A DNA stretch of 64,000 nucleotides from Cyanobacteria bacterium auto_48_18 (GCA_036170915.1 JAVHQC010000006.1:192001-256000); one strand, 5' to 3'; shown: positions 10,217 through 19,453, counted from the first letter of the stretch. The notes: generated from the sequence alone by a model not told the origin. Translations and numbers: made by a program.

Positions 10217-11002
10217 ATGTCGGAAAAACAAAATGAAAACCTGGGTAACTTTGAGCTGAGTAAGCAGGGTGTGGTTACCAGACGTGACGTATTAATGATG
10301 GGAGCCGTTGCCGCCACGTCGCTTTCAACGAATGCACTTTCGGCAGCGGCTGCGCCTGCGGCAGCAGCGGTCGTTACCAAAGATCCATATACGGCCAAAG
10401 ACTTTAGCGCGCTAGTGACAAAGAATATGGATGGCCTGAGCGGCAAGCAAATAGAACCTCACTTGAAGCTCTACAAAGGATACGTCGGCAAGGCCAATGA
10501 AATTTATAATTTGCTCAAGACCGTCGATTTGACTTCAGCCAATGCTTCCTATTCGCCTTTGCGAGAACTCTTGATGGAGCAAAGTTTTGCTGTCAACGGC
10601 ATGATCTATCACGAATTCTACTTCGGCAATTTGGGTGGTAGCGGCGGCGACCCCAGTGGTGAGGTGAAAGCAGCCCTTGATGAGCGCTTTGGCTCGACAG
10701 GCAAATTTATGGATTTTCTCAAAGCATCAGGCAAATCGATGCGTGGTTGGGTTGTAGTGGGCTATAACACTCGCGGCAATCATATTGATACTTTTGGTCT
10801 CGATACACACAACATGTGGTCACCGCAGAACGTGGTGCCTTTGCTTGTTCTCGATGTTTATGAACATGCCTATATGATTGATTATGGTATTGATCGCCCT
10901 AAGTATCTCGATGCCTTTGCTAAAAATCTTGACTGGCAAGTGGTGGCAAAACGTCTTGAAGCAACTAAGAAGCTTATCAGTGGCGGCGACAGCACCACTT
11001 AA
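10217..11002 (+). CDS. Fe/Mn superoxide dismutase family protein with Tat signal peptide
   Basis: TRRDVL twin-arginine signal; metal-ligand motifs PHLKLYKGYV, YHEFYF and LDVYEHAY. Confidence 0.85.
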   Translation: MSEKQNENLGNFELSKQGVVTRRDVLMMGAVAATSLSTNALSAAAAPAAAAVVTKDPYTAKDFSALVTKNMDGLSGKQIEPHLKLYKGYVGKANEIYNLLKTVDLTSANASYSPLRELLMEQSFAVNGMIYHEFYFGNLGGSGGDPSGEVKAALDERFGSTGKFMDFLKASGKSMRGWVVVGYNTRGNHIDTFGLDTHNMWSPQNVVPLLVLDVYEHAYMIDYGIDRPKYLDAFAKNLDWQVVAKRLEATKKLISGGDSTT

Positions 11003-11034
11003 TTGGCGCTCGAGAAACAGCCAACTAATTCATA

Positions 11035-11073
11035 AAAAAAGACTGGTACTTTCTAGAAGGAAGTACCAGTCTT
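11035..11073. terminator. Likely bidirectional intrinsic terminator between convergent genes
   Basis: 13-bp perfect stem AAGACTGGTACTT/AAGTACCAGTCTT with a flanking A-tract. Confidence 0.75.
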
Positions 11074-11100
11074 GTGTATTAGTCTACTGAACAAGCTTAT

Positions 11101-11535
11101 CTAAACTGAGGGCTGTAGCGCCTTAAGCATGGTGCTGACAATCAAGTGGGTCTCGTGTTGCGCCGGCAGAAGCTCATTAGTGATTACGTTTCTAACATAT
11201 TCACCGACAAGTTTTTGCTGCGCTTCATACTGCACCAGTCTTTCCGCTTCGGCAAGTTCCATTATTGCCAGAGCGTCTTGTTCAGTTGAAGCGCTGTTTT
11301 GAGTCATGGCTTCAAATCCGCCCCAGATGCCTGACGTTTTTCCTGGAATGCCATCGAGAGCTCTTATCTCAGCTGTGAGCTTTGCCACACGGTCTGCGTG
11401 CGACATCTGACATTTGAGTAGTGCTTGTCTGACATCAGCATCTTTCACATGCTCCATGGCCAGTGTGTAGGTGTCTACAGCTGAGATTTCACCGCTCAAT
11501 AAAGTGTTGAACTCTTCGATGTATTCGGAACTCAT
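11101..11535 (-). CDS. Ferritin-like four-helix-bundle protein (DUF2383/PA2169-like)
   Basis: LLSGEISAVDTY...SHADRVAKL..EIRALDG.P...SG.WG; E..x..Y and ETH metal-type motifs. Confidence 0.7.
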   Translation of the reverse strand: MSSEYIEEFNTLLSGEISAVDTYTLAMEHVKDADVRQALLKCQMSHADRVAKLTAEIRALDGIPGKTSGIWGGFEAMTQNSASTEQDALAIMELAEAERLVQYEAQQKLVGEYVRNVITNELLPAQHETHLIVSTMLKALQPSV

Positions 11536-11586
11536 GTGCTCTCCTTCGATAGATAAGACCTGTATGATTGTTACACTGATTACTTT

Positions 11587-11859
11587 CTAGACAGTGCCGC
11601 CTCGTCTGTTGAAGCCTCGCCCGATTAGCGAAAGTACAAAGACAAACAGAGCTGAACCAAGAATTGCTGGAATTAGTGAGATACCGGCCAAATCTGGTCC
11701 GATGTGTCCCATCAAGTTGCCGCCGATCCAGGCACCAATAATGCCAACAATCGCTGAAGTGAAGAAGCCTCCAGGAACTGAGCCTGGTACGATTCGCTCG
11801 CCGATATAGGCACAGACTGCAGCTACAATTAAAAATAGAATGAACGATAAAATAGACAT
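11587..11859 (-). CDS. GlsB/YeaQ/YmgE family (transglycosylase-associated) stress membrane protein
   Basis: 90 aa, three hydrophobic helices, IVGIIGAWIGG and AILGSALFV motifs. Confidence 0.85.
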   Translation of the reverse strand: MSILSFILFLIVAAVCAYIGERIVPGSVPGGFFTSAIVGIIGAWIGGNLMGHIGPDLAGISLIPAILGSALFVFVLSLIGRGFNRRGGTV

Positions 11860-12052
11860 TGAATTATCCTCGCGAAGTAGAAACGAATTTTCGAAACGCG
11901 GTTTTCTTCGGGTTGCTAAATTCGTGCTTCCCTTCGTTCCGTTGGCTCTAGTGACTACGGTTGAGTCCTAAAGTTCCATTTTCAGTAAAAATCGGCAAAC
12001 AGGCACCAAGTGGCCGCACCACTGATGGGCACAGTCGTTTTACTTTGTTCTA

Positions 12053-13408
12053 TTAGTTATCTGCGGGCGCCATACCAAGTTTAGCGTCGGCCACAGGACC
12101 TTCCATAACTATATGCATAACGCCGTCAGGGTCTTTTTCGCGCCGCTCAATTAATGCCTGCATGGTTTTACTGTCGTCGAGCATCACTTGCTCTTTGCCT
12201 TGTGTTTCGTAAGCTTTGTCTAGTTTCATGGCACCCAGTTCAGGCTTAACGGCAAAGACATGGAACTTATCTGGTTTGTCGTTCACTTTTAATGGAAACG
12301 GGCCCAACCTGTCAATTTTGCCAATATCACCTTTGTTAATCAAAGCCAGGTTATCGAAATTTTCTGGCGGATAACAACGATAAACTCGTACTTCTTTAGC
12401 GGCCGGATTGCTTTTGATGCGCTCGGCTAAAGTAGTTTTGGCCTGACCAGGCGACACTTCACCAAATACGTAAACATAGCAGCTGCTGCGCGGTTTGATC
12501 ACAATTTCGCATTTTTCATTGAGCATATAACCATTTTTCGGCCGATTGAATTGAACATTAATAGGCTCAATGGCAGGCTTTTCAACTTTGTGAGCATCTA
12601 CTTCTTTTCCACCCAGATAGAATGCTGCGGCCACAAAGGCAGTGAGAAATGCCAGTATAAATGATGCCACCAGTGGTAGTGTCGAGGGGCTAGTGTTGGG
12701 CTCTTCCACAATTGAATTGGCCTGGACGCCGAGCTCTTTTAGAGCATCTATAGAAAGGCATAGTCGAATGGATGTGGTCGGTAGATTTAACCCTGGTAGC
12801 GAAGCAGTATCACCACAGTGCATTGCCACCACTGTATATTCATCAAAAATTGCCGAGCCTGAGTCTCCAGGCGACAAAGCCAGATCATGTAACAGGTGGA
12901 AATTGTCTTGCTTGCGCAGCGGTCCAAGTAAGCGGCCCATTTGCGCCAGCGGGTTAAGTGAGCTGAATTGCCCTAAATGAGTAGGGAAACGCACCGCAGT
13001 AAGTGACAACTGAGTTGGTAAATTGCGGTCGTAAGCAATCGGTAGAGGAGTCGCTTCTGACTCGGGGAAAGACAAATCGACGCTAAGCAGGGCGGCATCG
13101 AATTTGACTAAATGATTGAGCTGAGGGTCGCGCATAAAGTTCGGATGTAACTTAATTTCGTTAATGGCATATTGACTGCCTGATTTAGGAAACCGCACTG
13201 CCAGTGCCGGCAGGTCGTCAAGATGGCCGTCCACCACATGACCGCAAGTAATCAATTTGTTGAAACCGACCAGCCAGGCCTGACCCAAGACCTGCTCTTG
13301 TTTTCCGTTTTCGCTGATTTCCACTTTGATGATGTGGGCAAGGGCGTCGCCGTAGGCTTCTATATCAAGAGGAGCCATTGATTGACTTAAATTTTGGCCA
13401 GTTGCCAC
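12053..13408 (-). CDS. Trypsin-like serine protease with one TM helix and a C-terminal DUF4384-like domain
   Basis: Triad motifs ITCGHVV, FDAALL, PGDSGSAI; TM LVASFILAFLTAFVAAAFYL; then YMLNEKCEIVIKPRSSCYVYVF. Confidence 0.7.
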   Translation of the reverse strand: MATGQNLSQSMAPLDIEAYGDALAHIIKVEISENGKQEQVLGQAWLVGFNKLITCGHVVDGHLDDLPALAVRFPKSGSQYAINEIKLHPNFMRDPQLNHLVKFDAALLSVDLSFPESEATPLPIAYDRNLPTQLSLTAVRFPTHLGQFSSLNPLAQMGRLLGPLRKQDNFHLLHDLALSPGDSGSAIFDEYTVVAMHCGDTASLPGLNLPTTSIRLCLSIDALKELGVQANSIVEEPNTSPSTLPLVASFILAFLTAFVAAAFYLGGKEVDAHKVEKPAIEPINVQFNRPKNGYMLNEKCEIVIKPRSSCYVYVFGEVSPGQAKTTLAERIKSNPAAKEVRVYRCYPPENFDNLALINKGDIGKIDRLGPFPLKVNDKPDKFHVFAVKPELGAMKLDKAYETQGKEQVMLDDSKTMQALIERREKDPDGVMHIVMEGPVADAKLGMAPADN

Positions 13409-13490
13409 TTTTTACGTTCCAGTCTTAACTACGTCGTCTAATCTTATACAATGGTAGGGCTTCAGCTCATCAAATCGATGCTCATTTTAA

Positions 13491-13937
13491 GTGATGAATC
13501 CCGCCAGCAATCCCAAACAAAATACTGTACCTGTATCGCCGTCACCAAAGGGTAACATAGCGCGCAGTCTCCGGTCGTACTGGTGGATACCAGTCTCTTA
13601 TTCTGTTCCATACTTAATTGTTCACTCCATTGGTTTAGGTCAGCCCGGTGTTAGTACCGCTGCCAACACAGAGCTGACAATGTTGCGATCTCATTACAGT
13701 GGGCTTATAGGCCTGGCGGTTGCTACTGCTATATTCTCGTTGTGGCGTCTGGACTGCACTTTTGGGGCCCGCCAGCTTCTACATTTGTCACGAGATTCAC
13801 AGGCGAAAGCTCTGGTGCATATACTGGGAATGGCTTTGTGGGTATGCTGGGTAGGTATTAGTGTAGTAGCCTGTATGGCCTATGATCAGGTCCATGAGCT
13901 GGTCCCTAACCTGCCAGGACTGGGCGCACCTATTTAG
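13491..13937 (+). CDS. Hypothetical membrane protein (about 3 TM helices)
   Basis: Three hydrophobic segments; first gene of the + strand run. Confidence 0.5.
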   Translation: MMNPASNPKQNTVPVSPSPKGNIARSLRSYWWIPVSYSVPYLIVHSIGLGQPGVSTAANTELTMLRSHYSGLIGLAVATAIFSLWRLDCTFGARQLLHLSRDSQAKALVHILGMALWVCWVGISVVACMAYDQVHELVPNLPGLGAPI

Positions 13938-13973
13938 ATTTCTCATCCAGATATTCAAGTATTCAGGTAACAA

Positions 13974-15422
13974 TTGCTGACCAGCCCTACCGAATTACAA
14001 GAGATTCTCACCCTGGCGCCCGAATGGCAGTCAGTGGTCGAAAGCGTGGCTGCGGCAAAAGACGTAAAAACTGTCAGCTCCTATCAACTTTTTGAGAGAC
14101 TTGGTGCCAAGGCCATTTACATGAAGGCCGCGGCTCTCAGTAATCAGAAAAGAAGCGAGTTTGAGAGATTGCTGCGTGATCATTATTATCAGCCGATCAT
14201 TGCCAAGATGTTCAGTAACAACCAGAACCTGAAGCGTTTCTGGGCTCAGCGCAAGCATCCCTTTGACTGGCAAAAAGGCCAGGCTGTTTCAATGTCGGTG
14301 GAGCTATCCACAAAAATGGAAGGGGTGCTGGACAGGCATTTGGCTAATAAAAGCGCTGATGGCTTTAAGGTTTTGCTACCAGCCTATGTGCAGCGCTCAG
14401 TGCAAAATGCAGTAGTTGATTACATAAAAGATGAGTGGCAGTGGGAAAGAGAAACTCTGCAAGATCTCAATCTTGACCCTGAGCATGAAGACCCGCGCTC
14501 TTGCACCGCTGACGACGTTAAATATGCTCCTGAAAACAAAGCTATATCTGGTGAGCAAGTTTTACAACTGAATCAGTTACGCACTGAACTCAAAGCCATG
14601 CTTGATGATCGCTCTCAGCCCCAAGAAGCTCTTATAGTGGTCGACTGTATGTTCGGCCTGGGCCTGACGCCTAAGTCTAAGAACGGCGAAGAGCTCACTA
14701 TGCGGGAAGTATGTGATTTGCTGGCCATAGCAGGTGAAACTCAAGCTCGTAAAATCGCTCGCTGTCAGGTTCTACTTGACAAAGGCCTTGATTGTATTCG
14801 CGCGCAAGTACGCAAGAATCTGCCAGGAGTAGCCGATTGCTGGCAAGCGGACGTTAACATCAACACTGCCTCAAGGCGCGAACTTTCACATCTGCTCGGT
14901 TTGACCGAAGGAGAAGTAGAGAGACTGCTTGCTAACCGCCAGTATTATTGCCTCAGTGAACTTGTCGAAAACAGTGTAATCAAAGCGCCGAGATTAGATG
15001 ACTTAATCAAACACGGTGCCGTGGCTGCTTTTGTACCGGTGGAAGTCAATTCTTGCACCACTCGTGATCTGATTGATGTGCTTGGTTTCCCTAAAGACAC
15101 GGCTCAGAAATTCGCCACCAAAAGGCCGTTTACTACTTTTGATCAGGCCCTGCGTGACAATTTGCTTAGCGATGCTGTGTTGCAACAGGCAATTAAGCGT
15201 GGCGCAGTACTCAAGCCCCCAAGCACCGGCAGTGAAAGACTTGATCTCAATAACTGCCAGGGCGAAAATTTGGCCGCCCTTGGTTTAGGCGTAGCTATGG
15301 TGCAGCGCATCACTTCCGGTCGGCCTTTTACCACCTGGAACGAGCTGGAAGAGTACTTAGCGCCGGATAATCGCGAATGGTTGATACTGCGTCAAAAAAC
15401 TTGTTTGGGTATTTCCGACTAA
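13974..15422 (+). CDS. Sigma-70-like protein fused to three ComEA-type helix-hairpin-helix modules
   Basis: Region-2-like AYVQRSVQNAVVDYIK; region-4-like MFGL...ELTMREVCDLL...RCQVLLDKGLDCIR; repeats VNINTASRREL, VEVNSCTTRDL and LDLNNCQGENL, each followed by R-x-F/Y. Confidence 0.6.
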   Translation: MLTSPTELQEILTLAPEWQSVVESVAAAKDVKTVSSYQLFERLGAKAIYMKAAALSNQKRSEFERLLRDHYYQPIIAKMFSNNQNLKRFWAQRKHPFDWQKGQAVSMSVELSTKMEGVLDRHLANKSADGFKVLLPAYVQRSVQNAVVDYIKDEWQWERETLQDLNLDPEHEDPRSCTADDVKYAPENKAISGEQVLQLNQLRTELKAMLDDRSQPQEALIVVDCMFGLGLTPKSKNGEELTMREVCDLLAIAGETQARKIARCQVLLDKGLDCIRAQVRKNLPGVADCWQADVNINTASRRELSHLLGLTEGEVERLLANRQYYCLSELVENSVIKAPRLDDLIKHGAVAAFVPVEVNSCTTRDLIDVLGFPKDTAQKFATKRPFTTFDQALRDNLLSDAVLQQAIKRGAVLKPPSTGSERLDLNNCQGENLAALGLGVAMVQRITSGRPFTTWNELEEYLAPDNREWLILRQKTCLGISD

Positions 15423-15494
15423 TTTTTGTGCCCACGTCGTTGATGACAATGTGCAGATCAAGTCAAAACTATTTAGAGCCACCGGAGACGCCTG

Positions 15495-16736
15495 ATGTCT
15501 AGCTTAATCAATCAGAATCAACACGGTCGAATCGCTCTCAGTGCCGAAGTGGTGCGAATGGCTCAAATTCGAGCCAACCGCCAGGGTGTGCAGTTCAGGC
15601 AAGAATTGGCCAGGCTGGTGGCTGAAGAAGCAATTATGGCTTTAGATTATGATCTTGGCTTGCTGATTGAAAGTAATGCTTTGAGCCAATCTGATGCCAT
15701 GGCTGCGGCTCTCGGCGTCAACGACCTTGTGGTAAATGGCCAGCGCATGGACATTCGTGCTCTCGATGAAGACGGCGAAGTCAGTGTTGCCAGGGCTCTT
15801 GTGGGCTCGCAATATTTGAGTCTGGGCAGCTTGATTGTCGAACTGGACGGCGTCAGTGGTGGAAGCATCGTCGGCCATGTAAGCTCCGGTGCCTGGCTCA
15901 AGGCCGAAGACGGTTTGCGCGACGCTGAGACTATTCGTATGCCAGTTGAGATTAAGGCCGATTTTGATCTGAGCCAAACCATAGTGGCACTTGCTCAAAA
16001 AGCACCCTTTAAGCTGCCGGCTGTAGCTAAGTTGGCTAATTTTGAAAACGACGTTAACGACCTTTTCAACAACAAGGGCCGCCTGATTGCTTCTCGTCAG
16101 AAACAAATTTTTTCTTACCTCTGCGCTCACTGGTCTGATGAAATGCTGGCGCAAGTAGAAGCTATCGGCTGTAAATTGCCTGCTGCCAAAGTCACACGAG
16201 TTTTGTTTGCTGCCGGGCGCTGGCATGCTACATCTGAGCGGCTGGCCGACAAACTTGCTCTGCGCTTTAAAAAGCTTTCCCGTGACCAAATACTCGCTCA
16301 AATTTTGACTGTGGGTGAAAAACTGGGAGGGGAGATTAAGGCTCCTGCTTTCAGGCATGAATTGCTCACTGGCCTGGCTGCTTCTGAGCTGGCCATGAAT
16401 GACGGCATTCAGGCCAAAGCCGCACAAGCGGTCATGGCTAAAGTTATGAGTGGTGCCAGCGCGGTGGAAGTGGTGAAATCTCTGGTGAAAAACGCGGTGG
16501 CAGTGGATTTAGCCCTTGCTATCAAGAGTAAGCGTCAGGCTGCAGCAGGCTTCATGGCCGCCACTGCCGAAGAAATTGGCATGGCTTTTCAACAACTGGC
16601 ACTACAGCCTGCCTATGCCACCCATAGCAGCGGTGATTCTGGAGTAGATTCCATTAATGAAGCGCTGGCTTTGCTTCAAGCTACTGACATGGCCGACATT
16701 ATTGCTGCCTGTGATCAGGAAATGGCGCAGTTCTAG
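15495..16736 (+). CDS. Hypothetical protein with DUF1822-like N-terminus (possible anti-sigma factor)
   Basis: GGAG RBS. N-terminal LGVNDLVVNGQRMDIRAL...LIVELDG...SIVGHV resembles cyanobacterial DUF1822 as recalled. Confidence 0.45.
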   Translation: MSSLINQNQHGRIALSAEVVRMAQIRANRQGVQFRQELARLVAEEAIMALDYDLGLLIESNALSQSDAMAAALGVNDLVVNGQRMDIRALDEDGEVSVARALVGSQYLSLGSLIVELDGVSGGSIVGHVSSGAWLKAEDGLRDAETIRMPVEIKADFDLSQTIVALAQKAPFKLPAVAKLANFENDVNDLFNNKGRLIASRQKQIFSYLCAHWSDEMLAQVEAIGCKLPAAKVTRVLFAAGRWHATSERLADKLALRFKKLSRDQILAQILTVGEKLGGEIKAPAFRHELLTGLAASELAMNDGIQAKAAQAVMAKVMSGASAVEVVKSLVKNAVAVDLALAIKSKRQAAAGFMAATAEEIGMAFQQLALQPAYATHSSGDSGVDSINEALALLQATDMADIIAACDQEMAQF

Positions 16737-16780
16737 ATTGCAAATTTCCTGTTTGGCAATAAGTTCGGTACAATCGGCAC

Positions 16781-17551
16781 ATGCAAGCGAGCACCAGTGT
16801 AGTTGATTGTAGTGGTTGTGGAGAGCAAAACAGCTCTGACATGTCATTTTGCCTCAAGTGCGGCAAAGTGCTCTCTTCGGCCGTACAGGAACAACGCGAT
16901 ATTCGCGGAGTTAAAAAGCGGCAGTGCAAAAGTTGTGGCCGGGCTGATGAACTCAATCATCGATATTGCATTTTTTGTGGTGCCGACATTAAGGCATTCG
17001 TTGCCAAAGCTGCCAACCCTGAAGCCTTAAATAGATTTACCAGTGAGCTTTCGCAGCTAGCGGCCGACCCAGATCCCAATGAAGCGCTGCAAGTTGCTAG
17101 AGATCAAAGTAATTCTGCGGCCAGTAATTATCACGCACCAGTAGTCTATAAAAATAAGGCTGCCACAAAACCATCATATGGTGCGCTGGTTGTGCAATTG
17201 TTCTTGCTTCTAGGATTGGCTTCAGGAGCTGGTCTTGCCTATTTCTTCAAGGGCCCGGCCTTACTGCAGGCTTACAATTTAGTCACAGGAAATAGCTTCA
17301 AAGATGGACTTTTAATTTTTACCGAACAGCCCACTGTCAACATTGTCACCGAATCGCAAGATCGCAAACAGTACACTATTGGTCAAACCAAAAATGGCAG
17401 CATGGCCATATCTGGAATCGATCCAGGAGTTCAGCGTATTACTTTTTCGCTGCCTGATGCCTCAATCATTGAAGCGGTAACTTTGCTTCCATCAAAATTA
17501 AATATGCTTGGATACGATCAAAAAGTTGATGTCAACGCTGGTAAACACTGA
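16781..17551 (+). CDS. Double zinc-ribbon membrane protein with beta-rich (PEGA-like) C-terminus
   Basis: CSGC..FCLKCG and CKSC..YCIFCG ribbons; TM LVVQLFLLLGLASGAGLAYFF. Confidence 0.7.
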   Translation: MQASTSVVDCSGCGEQNSSDMSFCLKCGKVLSSAVQEQRDIRGVKKRQCKSCGRADELNHRYCIFCGADIKAFVAKAANPEALNRFTSELSQLAADPDPNEALQVARDQSNSAASNYHAPVVYKNKAATKPSYGALVVQLFLLLGLASGAGLAYFFKGPALLQAYNLVTGNSFKDGLLIFTEQPTVNIVTESQDRKQYTIGQTKNGSMAISGIDPGVQRITFSLPDASIIEAVTLLPSKLNMLGYDQKVDVNAGKH

Positions 17552-18795
17552 TGACCGCCAAAATTAATTGTCCTACCTGCCAGCGCTCTTTGCCCGCCGC
17601 ATCAAAGTTTTGCGGGTTTGATGGTACCGATTTATCACTGGCTGCCGAAGGCCAGGCATCACGCAAAGTCTGCTCCGTATGTGGTCGCTTTTATCCTGGT
17701 TATGCGCAATTTTGTGCTTTTGATCGCAGCTCATTGCAGATAATGAAAACACAAAGAGAGTTGGCGCAAGAAAGCGAATCGCCTTCTGATCAGGCTTTAG
17801 AGCGCTATAGCGGCACACAGTCAAACGAAACTGTAGTGGTGCCCGTGCTGCCACCGGCGACCTCAACTGCACAAATTGCTGCTGATGACAGATTGTTTTC
17901 GCCTGCTGATTCCAACATGCCTTATTCAGAGTTGGTTGGTAAAACCATCGACAAAAAATATTTGATTCAGTCTGTACTGGGTGAAGGCGGCATGGCCGTT
18001 GTCTATCGCGCTCATCAAATTCAGATGGAGCGCACGGTTGTGATCAAAGTTATGCAAGGCTGGTTGCTTTCCAACCGCAATTCGGTAGAGAGATTTGAGC
18101 GCGAGTGCAAACTCACTGCCAAACTCAATCATCCAAATATTGTCTCAGTCTACGACGTTGGTTTAATTAACGGCAAAGAACCATATTTGGTGATGGAGTA
18201 TATCAAAGGTGAATCACTGGCAGACAAGATTCACAACTCGGGCGCGTTGCCCTATGCCACCACCGCCAATATCATCATTCAAATTTGCCGCGGCTTGCAA
18301 GAAGCGCATACGTCCGGCATTATCCACCGCGATTTGAAACCTGACAACGTTTTGCTGCAACATAAATCAGATCGGCCTGACTGGGTAAAAATCGTAGACT
18401 TCGGTATTTCAAACTTTGTGCACGGTAGCAAGAAGCTGACTAAAACAGGACGCATGGTAGGCACACCTGAATATATTGCTCCAGAACAATTAAAAGATCG
18501 CCCGATTGATATGCGGACAGATCTATACGGCCTCGGCATTATGATGTTTGAAATGTTGGCTGGCCGTGTGCCTTTCGATGGCGAAAGCGCCGAATCGATT
18601 TTGATGAAACATTTGCTTGAAGATCCGCCCCAGATGGCTGAAATTCGTCCAGAATTGGCTGAGGGAAATCTTTTCCAACCAATAGTCGACAAGCTCTTGA
18701 AGAAAAACCCAGACGAGCGCTATCAAACCGCCACGGAATTGCGGCTTGATGTGGAACATGCATTAAACGCCGTTTTACTGAAGAAAAACACTTAA
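17551..18795 (+). CDS. Hanks-type Ser/Thr protein kinase with N-terminal zinc ribbons
   Basis: LGEGGMAVVY, VIK, HRDLKPDN, DFG, GTPEYIAPE, DLYGLG; N-terminal CPTC..FCGFDG and CSVC..FCAFD; no TM helix. Confidence 0.92.
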   Translation: MTAKINCPTCQRSLPAASKFCGFDGTDLSLAAEGQASRKVCSVCGRFYPGYAQFCAFDRSSLQIMKTQRELAQESESPSDQALERYSGTQSNETVVVPVLPPATSTAQIAADDRLFSPADSNMPYSELVGKTIDKKYLIQSVLGEGGMAVVYRAHQIQMERTVVIKVMQGWLLSNRNSVERFERECKLTAKLNHPNIVSVYDVGLINGKEPYLVMEYIKGESLADKIHNSGALPYATTANIIIQICRGLQEAHTSGIIHRDLKPDNVLLQHKSDRPDWVKIVDFGISNFVHGSKKLTKTGRMVGTPEYIAPEQLKDRPIDMRTDLYGLGIMMFEMLAGRVPFDGESAESILMKHLLEDPPQMAEIRPELAEGNLFQPIVDKLLKKNPDERYQTATELRLDVEHALNAVLLKKNT

Positions 18796-18847
18796 TTAAG
18801 TGTGGTTTCAGACTTATTCTCGTGTTGTCTTTATCTAAACTGGTGGC

Positions 18848-19453
18848 ATGCGCCGAACTTTTATCAAAATCTGCAGCGCGCTTTTACTACCGCCGCTGCT
18901 GATTTCAGCTTACGCACTGTGGTGGGGAATCGTCTATCGTCTGCCCCGCTCAGCCGACAAAGTAGTGGACCTGCGTACAAATAAAGCAAGCTCTCAAGGG
19001 GCCCGTCGCATATTTTTTTGTGCCGGCCTCGCCAATAATCCGCACGGGTTTCCTGGACATGCTTATGTAGTTTGGTCGAAAAATTTAGCTGCCAGTGTAG
19101 CTGTAAGCGCCGGGGAAGCCAATTTTAAAGATTGCGAAACCCTTGGCTATTGTCCTCATGATTTCTGGAGTATCGTTCCATCTGTTTATACTGCAGTGCC
19201 TGGGGTTGTGGACGACCGCGCCTCCAGCGGTAACGATCGCAATGTCGAGCGGCTCATAGTGCTGGTTGACGATGCTGCTTTCGAGCGCTCAAGAGAGGCC
19301 TGCCGACGGTGGGATGCCACCAATTTTAGGACCGGCAGCCGTGATTGCTGCGCTTTCATTGATTTTGTCGCAACTGAAATTGGACTGGCTGTGCCCAGGG
19401 CCCAGTTTAGCTATCCACATGACCATATTCTCAAGCTTAAGACTCTAAATTGA
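18848..19453 (+). CDS. Membrane-anchored hypothetical protein, possible permuted papain-like peptidase
   Basis: N-terminal TM; PGHAYV precedes RDCCAFIDFVATEIGLAVP (His before Cys). Confidence 0.5.
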   Translation: MRRTFIKICSALLLPPLLISAYALWWGIVYRLPRSADKVVDLRTNKASSQGARRIFFCAGLANNPHGFPGHAYVVWSKNLAASVAVSAGEANFKDCETLGYCPHDFWSIVPSVYTAVPGVVDDRASSGNDRNVERLIVLVDDAAFERSREACRRWDATNFRTGSRDCCAFIDFVATEIGLAVPRAQFSYPHDHILKLKTLN

